Shown one piece after another: positions 26,337-32,014 of a stretch of DNA of 32,014 nt. Below the pieces are notes generated by a model. It was not told where the DNA came from. It saw nothing but the letters and a program-made list of their open reading frames with translations, and did no database searches. Source of the stretch: a virus. Lineage: Duplodnaviria; Caudoviricetes. A program made the translations under genes and the position numbers. The stretch is taken from positions 1-32,014 of IMG/VR virus record IMGVR_UViG_3300020045_004729, one strand, 5' to 3'. Every line of letters begins with the position of its first letter. Within the stretch, counting starts at the first letter, position 1.

Positions 26337-26488
26337 AACGAACTAATCAAGTGGATTTCTGAAACTTTCCATTTATTATCTTTTAATCGAGAATAAAGAG
26401 TGTTTCTCGATATACCTATCATTTCACACACTTCTTCCTGTGTGTTGGTTTGAAGTAGTAATTTTACTTTTGTGGTTGTCTTGTTCAT
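26333..26488 (-). CDS. Small HTH DNA-binding protein, 51 aa (start revised from 26551)
   Basis: TQEEVCEMIGISRNTLYSRL; the longer start would read through a terminator hairpin. Confidence 0.75.
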   Translation of the reverse strand: MNKTTTKVKLLLQTNTQEEVCEMIGISRNTLYSRLKDNKWKVSEIHLISSL

Positions 26489-26509
26489 TTTTGCACAAAT
26501 TTTTAGATT

Positions 26510-26536
26510 AAAAAACCGCCACTTCTGTAACGGTTC
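26510..26536 (-). terminator. Intrinsic terminator after VRR-NUC gene
   Basis: AACCGUUAC-AGAA-GUGGCGGUU followed by UUUU. Confidence 0.65.
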
Positions 26537-26547
26537 TGTAAATATAA

Positions 26548-26931
26548 TCATTTTTCAGTTAGCCACATAATATGTTTTGATGTTTTTTCTTGAAATTCTT
26601 CTAAAGAACGAAATACAAAATACACACCTCCTAAATCCTGTATACGTCTTTGTATTTTTAATTGCGCTTCGCTTTGGTGTCCTGTCGATGTTTTGCATTC
26701 TGCCATAATACACCTGCCTTTTACACCGTGAATAATCAAATCAGATATTCCATTTACCATTCCTGTCTTGTGCAATAAATCCAGTATTCGAGCTTGTTCT
26801 TTTACTTGTATTGGCAATCCATTTGGTACTGAATGTATCAATAATCTTGGTTCTTGCTTTGTTGTGCAATACGTGTTGTTAAACCACACGTACGCCTCTT
26901 GTTGAATCACTTGTTCTGGAATTTCTTTCAT
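26548..26931 (-). CDS. VRR-NUC (PD-(D/E)xK) nuclease
   Basis: E..IQ, SVPNG, GMVNGISDL, ECKT..G.QS..Q. Confidence 0.9.
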   Translation of the reverse strand: MKEIPEQVIQQEAYVWFNNTYCTTKQEPRLLIHSVPNGLPIQVKEQARILDLLHKTGMVNGISDLIIHGVKGRCIMAECKTSTGHQSEAQLKIQRRIQDLGGVYFVFRSLEEFQEKTSKHIMWLTEK

Positions 26932-28555
26932 AATGTTTTTCTAATTGGTTTTTAATTTTGTTTACTAAATATGCTTTTGTTCTCATAACCCCACCATCTA
27001 AATCGCTATTCTGGATTATTTGGTATGGATTTTTTATAATATTTCGTATTGACATTTCAAATTTTCCATTGTGTACTGTGTTTATAAAATTACCCTCGGT
27101 TACATTGTGATAATAGAACAAATCCAGTATTTGACTTTGCAAAACAGTCCATGCAAAATTCTTGTCTTTCTGTAATTTCTTGCAATACGATACAATCTTA
27201 TAGCCATCAGGCAAAGGAACTGAATCAATCAATCTAGCAATCTCTCCAGATACAAGAATTGTTTTTGCTTTTTCGGGTTCTGAATAACCACAATCTGGAC
27301 ATTCTAAAAGATTTTTTGCTTGAATAGTTCCGCATTCTGTACATTGCTTCACGTTTTCCAACACTTCTTTTTTTGGTTTTGGTTTTTGGTCTGTTCCGTA
27401 AAAAATTGGTTTCCAGTCGATTTCATCCGACCATTTTCCAAATGCTTCAACATTACCACCACCATCTATAAATGTGAAATATGGTTTATAAATCGAATCA
27501 CACGGTCGGCCACCTCTCCCTACGCATTGCAAATATAATGCTCTTGAAAGAGTTGCACGGTTCATAATTACACATTCAACACTTGGCTCGTCAAATCCAG
27601 TAGTAAAAACGCTCACGTTGCAAAGTATTGCGTTCGGTGTGTTCTTAAACCAATCCAATACTTTTTTTCGGTTTTCTGAATCGTTTACTGAATCGAATAT
27701 TTTTACATTATCAATTCCTTCGCTTCGAAACATTTCGTAAACCAATAAATTCATTTTCGCACTTGAATTGAAAATAATGGTTTTTTTACCGAAAGCAATT
27801 TCTTTATAATTCCGTACAACATCAAAAATTCCTTTTTCAATTTGTTCGTCTTGATCTTCATAATCCCCAGTTTTTGCATCAATTTTCAAACTACTTCTAT
27901 CTAATGAGCCAGTAGTATAAACTAATTCCCGAACTAATTTACCATCATTGATGAGGTCTGTAATTCCACGACCTATAATAATATCTTCGTATATTTCAGA
28001 TAGTGTAAAATTTCGTGTGTACTCGTAAGTTTCGATATTGCAACAATTTGTGACAGTGTCGTGTATAGCTCCACATCTAGCACATTTTGTAAAAGAAACT
28101 TTTTTCAAAACACTCGGAGTTGCTGTAACTCCTAAAATTCTTGCATCAGGGTAATAGTCAAATATTTCTTTATGCATTAATAAATGTGCTTCGTCCACTA
28201 TAATCAAACCAACATCCTTGACAAAATCGGAATCTTTCTGGAGGCGTTTTTTTAATGTTTGAATCATTGCAACATAAGTTTGCGAAAGGTGGTTCAATGA
28301 TTTTTTTGAAGCTACAACTGTTTCAACTGTAACTCCGATAGTACGTAATGTTGCAGAGGTTTGATTTATAAGCTCGTCACGATGTGCTACTATCAATACC
28401 TTTTTTCCTGTTTGCTTTATAAATTGTTTTGACAAAAAAGAAAATACAGCAGTTTTTCCCCCACCCGTAGCTAGGCAATAAAGCACTATTTTTTGTGTTT
28501 CAAAATGTTGTAATATCTCGGATATAGATTTTTCTTGGTGTGGAAATGGTTTCAT
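26879..28555 (-). CDS. SF2 DEAH helicase (RadD/UvsW-like) with Zn finger
   Basis: ATGGGKT, DEAH, TAT, TTGFDEP, QCVGRGGR, CTEC..CPDC. Confidence 0.95.
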   Translation of the reverse strand: MKPFPHQEKSISEILQHFETQKIVLYCLATGGGKTAVFSFLSKQFIKQTGKKVLIVAHRDELINQTSATLRTIGVTVETVVASKKSLNHLSQTYVAMIQTLKKRLQKDSDFVKDVGLIIVDEAHLLMHKEIFDYYPDARILGVTATPSVLKKVSFTKCARCGAIHDTVTNCCNIETYEYTRNFTLSEIYEDIIIGRGITDLINDGKLVRELVYTTGSLDRSSLKIDAKTGDYEDQDEQIEKGIFDVVRNYKEIAFGKKTIIFNSSAKMNLLVYEMFRSEGIDNVKIFDSVNDSENRKKVLDWFKNTPNAILCNVSVFTTGFDEPSVECVIMNRATLSRALYLQCVGRGGRPCDSIYKPYFTFIDGGGNVEAFGKWSDEIDWKPIFYGTDQKPKPKKEVLENVKQCTECGTIQAKNLLECPDCGYSEPEKAKTILVSGEIARLIDSVPLPDGYKIVSYCKKLQKDKNFAWTVLQSQILDLFYYHNVTEGNFINTVHNGKFEMSIRNIIKNPYQIIQNSDLDGGVMRTKAYLVNKIKNQLEKHYERNSRTSDSTRGVRVV

Positions 28556-28556
28556 T

Positions 28557-28769
28557 TTTTACTAATTGTTAATTTTTTGTGCAAAAAAAAGTCATTCTAC
28601 TAATACAAAAGTAACCCCATCGATTACTACTTTAGTTAATAATCCATCCCCAATTCGTTTGTAAACTGTTGGCTTTGAAAGGTTGTATAATCGAGAGTAA
28701 TTCTCTACTGTTTTTAGTTTTGTTCTATCTATTTTTAATGGTTGCATATTTTACTAATTGTTAATTTTT
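28557..28769. repeat. 21-bp perfect direct repeat flanking the small HTH gene
   Basis: ttttactaattgttaattttt at 28557-28577 and 28749-28769, each 1 nt before an ATG. Confidence 0.9.
28592..28747 (-). CDS. Excisionase/MerR-like winged HTH protein, 51 aa
   Basis: Hand translation MQPLKIDRTKLKTVENYSRLYNLSKPTVYKRIGDGLLTKVVIDGVTFVLVE. Confidence 0.8.
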   Translation of the reverse strand: MQPLKIDRTKLKTVENYSRLYNLSKPTVYKRIGDGLLTKVVIDGVTFVLVE

Positions 28770-28773
28770 AATT

Positions 28774-28821
28774 AAAACAAAAGCCAATAATTAAACTGGC
28801 TTATTTTGTTTTACAAATATA
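28774..28821 (-). promoter_or_regulatory. -7 element TATATTTG (28814-28821) followed immediately by a terminator-like hairpin
   Basis: AAAACAAAAUAAGCCA-N10-UGGCUUUUGUUUU directly downstream of the motif. Confidence 0.55.
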
Positions 28822-28826
28822 ATCAT

Positions 28827-28955
28827 TTATTCAATCCCCCAATGTATATAATCAATTTTCTTTTTAATTTCTTTGGCTTTTTCGGGATTGATTTGCATTA
28901 ATCGACGGTATTCTTTTTCGAGGTCTTCTAGTTTTGGAGCGGGAGTTTTTTTCAT
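28827..28955 (-). CDS. Small hypothetical protein, 42 aa
   Basis: Hand translation MKKTPAPKLEDLEKEYRRLMQINPEKAKEIKKKIDYIHWGIE; ATGA overlap with methyltransferase. Confidence 0.65.
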   Translation of the reverse strand: MKKTPAPKLEDLEKEYRRLMQINPEKAKEIKKKIDYIHWGIE

Positions 28956-30028
28956 AATTTAGACAGCCATTGGTTATAAATATTTGATGCAATTTGAGCT
29001 GTCATAACTGGAGGTACTGACATTCCAATTAGATAACCTGGTTCCATTCCTAAAAAATCATAATCACCAGGATAACTTCCTATAAGTTTCTTTTCAGTAT
29101 TTGATAAATATCTACCCTCGTGAAAATTTGCATAACAATCTTTTTTAGCTGTCAAAGTACCACATACATTTTTTCTTTTGACAAATGTAGTTCCAAATCC
29201 TGTATTGGGTTTATTTCTAACTCTTCCATTTATACAACTGAAATTCAAATCTGAATCTTTTCTTTGACTCCATAACTCTAAATAAAAATCACTCATCTTA
29301 TTTTCAAAATCTCCTTTAGTTTCAACCTCTGCATACTTAATAGATTTCTCTTTAAACACCATTTCAATTTTAGGTAAAAAAGTAAACATATCTTTTTGCT
29401 CCATAAATTGACCCGCTAAATCTTTACGTAAAGCAATAAAAAACACACGTTCACGCCTTTGTGGAACACCCATTTTTGACGCGTCTAATAAGAAGTGTTG
29501 GCAAGTATATCCAGCTTCATCAAATGCTTTGTAAATTTGAATAACATAAGATTTTGCATTACCTAAAAGCAATCCTTTTACGTTTTCAGCAACTACTATT
29601 TTAGGTTGTAATTCTTTTGCTAAATCTATAAAATCAAAAAACAAAGTGTCTAAAACTTGCATAGCTTGGCCTTCACGAAAAACTTTGTCTTTTCCCCAAT
29701 CTTTTTCACGATTACCTGCCATACTAAATGAACTACAAGGAGGGCTGCCGTCTAAAATGTCCAATTCGTATAATTCTTTTGGCAAATCTTTTCGAAGTTT
29801 AAAAGTTTGTATTGGCTCTAAATAGGCGTATTTAGGATTATGATTTTTTTTATATGCTTCAATCATTTTAGGATCAATTTCGTTGCATCCTAAAACATCA
29901 AAACCAGCTAATTTATAACCCATTGTAGAACCTCCACCACAAGCAAAACAGCTAAACACTTTGCCTTTGTCTTTTGTAAAAACGGCATCTTTTAAAGTCC
30001 AATTATATGGGAATTTGTGTTCTTTCAT
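28952..30028 (-). CDS. Orphan DNA (cytosine-5) methyltransferase (start revised from 30058)
   Basis: Motifs I FACGGG, IV GSPPCSSFS, VI ENV, VIII QRRERVF, X IGMSV. Confidence 0.95.
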   Translation of the reverse strand: MKEHKFPYNWTLKDAVFTKDKGKVFSCFACGGGSTMGYKLAGFDVLGCNEIDPKMIEAYKKNHNPKYAYLEPIQTFKLRKDLPKELYELDILDGSPPCSSFSMAGNREKDWGKDKVFREGQAMQVLDTLFFDFIDLAKELQPKIVVAENVKGLLLGNAKSYVIQIYKAFDEAGYTCQHFLLDASKMGVPQRRERVFFIALRKDLAGQFMEQKDMFTFLPKIEMVFKEKSIKYAEVETKGDFENKMSDFYLELWSQRKDSDLNFSCINGRVRNKPNTGFGTTFVKRKNVCGTLTAKKDCYANFHEGRYLSNTEKKLIGSYPGDYDFLGMEPGYLIGMSVPPVMTAQIASNIYNQWLSKL

Positions 30029-30102
30029 TTCTTCTCGATTAATTGTTTCGGAATCCATATTTCTTTACCGCAAATTTGGTAGATTTGATAATACTTTTCC
30101 AT
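30025..30102 (-). CDS. Micro-ORF, 25 aa (MEKYYQIYQICGKEIWIPKQLIEKK)
   Basis: TAATG overlap upstream and ATGA overlap downstream. Confidence 0.55.
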   Translation of the reverse strand: MEKYYQIYQICGKEIWIPKQLIEKK

Positions 30103-30422
30103 TATTTAATAGCTTTTACAATACTTAAACTTAAATATTCTTGGTTCACATTTTTTAAATCAGTTAAAGGATAGTACTGCCAATTAATTCTTGCAGTAAT
30201 ATGTATTTTACCTTTCATATTACCTTCTCTTTTTTCTATTATTTCTTCTATTTTATAACCTCCGAAAAAATCAGTATTATAAGTTCCGATAATAATATCA
30301 CATATTTCAATTTCAATTCCTTTATCTACATAAAATTGAATTACATTGTTTACGTTTCTTTTACTTTCAACTGTTTCCCAAATCAAAAGATTTACATTTT
30401 TTAAATTTTCTAAGTGTTTCAT
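30102..30422 (-). CDS. Hypothetical protein, 106 aa
   Basis: ORF track; A-rich start region. Confidence 0.75.
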   Translation of the reverse strand: MKHLENLKNVNLLIWETVESKRNVNNVIQFYVDKGIEIEICDIIIGTYNTDFFGGYKIEEIIEKREGNMKGKIHITARINWQYYPLTDLKNVNQEYLSLSIVKAIK

Positions 30423-30464
30423 AATTATTGGTTTTTATTATTAATTTTTTCGTCCGTAGACTGG

Positions 30465-30578
30465 TTATTTATCTTTTTTAACTTCGTCAATACATTCTTG
30501 AAAAAAGTTTATTATTTCTGTTTCGGCCATTCCTGATTCCATTAATTCGATTACAAGCCAATAGATTCTTTCTTTCAT
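30465..30578 (-). CDS. Small acidic protein, 37 aa
   Basis: Hand translation MKERIYWLVIELMESGMAETEIINFFQECIDEVKKDK; ATGA overlap. Confidence 0.6.
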   Translation of the reverse strand: MKERIYWLVIELMESGMAETEIINFFQECIDEVKKDK

Positions 30579-30784
30579 AATTTATTCATTTTTGATTCAA
30601 TCGTTATTTCTGTAGCCATCAGAGAAAAATACAAAATACTATGTATATAATCTTCTTGATATTCGTTATAAAACTGCTTTCTACCTATTATTTTAGCGGG
30701 TAGAATTCCCTCTTTACGCACAACTTCTCTAACCCGTTGCCAAGCTATACCACACTCTCTAGCTATTTGATTTATAGATTTCAT
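30575..30784 (-). CDS. HTH DNA-binding protein, 69 aa
   Basis: SINQIARECGIAWQRVREVV plus wing GRKQFY. Confidence 0.75.
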   Translation of the reverse strand: MKSINQIARECGIAWQRVREVVRKEGILPAKIIGRKQFYNEYQEDYIHSILYFSLMATEITIESKMNKL

Positions 30785-31212
30785 AACTGAAATCCCAATC
30801 TAATTCCCCAGCCAATTTTCGACTGCGTACCCGTGTTTTTCGCTACCCAATCATTATAAACACGACCACCAATAAATAGCTTTTCGGTTAATTTTTTATC
30901 AACTCCATATTCCAAACCAAATACTCCTGCAGGTTGTCCGTGAATTTTTCCAAGTCGAATTCCGAAATGATTTATCCATTGATCGTCGTAACTGTCAGAA
31001 ATATTAATTCCAACTCCGGCGACAATTTTATCAATTCCGAATCCTGCACGGATGTACAAGTTTCTCGATGTTTCAATTTCAACTCCATCGTTTCCGATGC
31101 CGATGTGAAATGATTGATTGTCTTTGATGTGTATTTGCGATAGTGCGCAAGTGGATGTTAGCAGCGCAATCCATAATAAGAATGCTAGTGCGAGGTCTTT
31201 TAGTGTTTTCAT
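30781..31212 (-). CDS. Secreted small outer-membrane beta-barrel protein, 143 aa (start revised from 31233)
   Basis: Signal peptide MKTLKDLALAFLLWIALLTSTCALS|Q; about 8 Gly/aromatic alternating strands; terminal strand WGIRLGFQL. Confidence 0.7.
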   Translation of the reverse strand: MKTLKDLALAFLLWIALLTSTCALSQIHIKDNQSFHIGIGNDGVEIETSRNLYIRAGFGIDKIVAGVGINISDSYDDQWINHFGIRLGKIHGQPAGVFGLEYGVDKKLTEKLFIGGRVYNDWVAKNTGTQSKIGWGIRLGFQL

Positions 31213-31438
31213 AATAAAGTGTTTAGTTATCAAAATGAAATCCGTTAATGTTTAAAAAGTGTAAAATTTCCTTTACCCTTTCCGTGCCTAAACCTCTAAT
31301 TCTTTTTAGTCGAGGTATATCACAATTTAATAAATCTTTTACTGTGAATATATGACATCTTGAAAGTATATTTTTTATCGATGTGTCTAATTCTGTATTT
31401 TGTATTTTTGTTTCCTCTGTAATCATAATAAAGTGTTT
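31210..31438. repeat. 15-bp direct repeat AAACACTTTATTATG flanking the alpha-CTD gene
   Basis: cataataaagtgttt at 31210-31224 and 31424-31438; each includes a start codon. Confidence 0.9.
31223..31426 (-). CDS. Stand-alone RNA polymerase alpha C-terminal domain homolog, 67 aa
   Basis: I...EL....KNIL....IFTVKDLL......LKRIRGLG...VKEI...L...G matches the alpha-CTD helix-hairpin-helix pattern. Confidence 0.85.
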   Translation of the reverse strand: MITEETKIQNTELDTSIKNILSRCHIFTVKDLLNCDIPRLKRIRGLGTERVKEILHFLNINGFHFDN

Positions 31439-31899
31439 TTATCGATTGCTAAATTTTGCTCGATTAGTCCGTGAATATCGAAGTGAAACTCATACATTTT
31501 CTTGACAATTCGGTAAGACAAATAGTGCATTTCAATTCGAGAACCATCTGATAATTTTTAATTAATACATCTGTGGTATTGGTCAAATTCTGCTGGGCAA
31601 GATGATTCATTGACCCAGTCTTCGAAAATAAACCCTCCAATATCTTTCGTGAGGTCTGAAAGTGGGCGTAGGATTGGTTTAAATTGTGAAAATCCAGAAT
31701 AATACAGGACAAAATTTCTAACTTCTCCATTTCTCCAAATATCTAAATGAGATAACTTTGGATTAATCCAGTACGTCAATTCTACACCTCCTACTGCAGC
31801 ATTGTCATTGATACCTCTTAACAATACTGTTTGGTTTGTTTTCTTTAATTTCAACCCATAAGGCAAATACCCTGCTAAATGTTTTAATTCTAATTTCAT
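31423..31899 (-). pseudogene. Conserved phage gene (MKLELKHLAGYLPYGLK family) interrupted by in-frame TAA at 31558-31560
   Basis: Same frame continues KLSDGSRIEMHYLSYRIVKKMYEFHFDIHGLIEQNLAIDKNTLL* to a TGA overlapping the next ATG. Confidence 0.8.
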
Positions 31900-31922
31900 A
31901 ATTTCTAGTATAAAGGTGGTTG

Positions 31923-32014
31923 TTAGTAAATACGTTTCTTTGGTTTTTCTGCCACTTGATAAGCTACTGCGTATCCAATAGGTAAAAACTCATTTTCTTT
32001 TAAATACTCAATAT
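31923..32014 (-). CDS. 3' end of a gene entering from the window edge
   Basis: Open frame IEYLKENEFLPIGYAVAYQVAEKPKKRIY*. Confidence 0.5.
   Translation of the reverse strand, partial: IEYLKENEFLPIGYAVAYQVAEKPKKRIY

Noticed and set aside
26548-30028. Restriction-modification system (methyltransferase + helicase + nuclease)
   Set aside because: SF2 helicase plus VRR-NUC is a common phage replication/recombination pair and is separated from the methyltransferase by a promoter and hairpin.
30452-30461. GUC-UACG-GAC UNCG-tetraloop hairpin
   Set aside because: Only a 3-bp stem followed by an A run on the coding strand; too small to call.
31558-31560. Genome-wide stop-codon reassignment
   Set aside because: TAA, TGA and TAG all end bona fide genes here (e.g. 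capsid TAA, methyltransferase TGA, 8207 TAG) and long genes are uninterrupted.
31464-31730. 88-aa ORF from the track
   Set aside because: Alternate frame of the interrupted gene; the family motifs lie in the 31899 frame.

Overview
Low-GC segment of a tailed dsDNA phage or prophage of HK97/siphovirus type. A Bacteroidota host (probably Flavobacteriia) is inferred from TAnnTTTG promoters, A-rich start regions without Shine-Dalgarno sequences, and signal peptides followed by Gln. Every credible gene is on the minus strand. In transcription order (right to left): early/accessory genes (stand-alone RNAP alpha-CTD homolog, small secreted beta-barrel, HTH proteins, orphan C5 methyltransferase); replication module (SF2 helicase, VRR-NUC nuclease, Zn/TOPRIM primase-like protein, DUF3987-like NTPase, iteron-rich origin candidate); TerS, TerL, portal, protease, capsid, neck, tail tube, tape measure, tail tip; then a receptor-binding module split by a promoter/terminator-bounded accessory operon. 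No integrase, lysis cassette, tRNA or CRISPR array was recognised. The main oddity is that three tail-fibre/tailspike-type proteins begin with near-identical Sec signal peptides (MKK-hydrophobic-G|QT), while their apparent docking partners have none. One of the three is a >=953-aa SGNH esterase spike missing from the ORF track. This suggests receptor-binding proteins that are exported and assembled in a separate compartment. All family assignments are motif recognition by eye; no searches were run.
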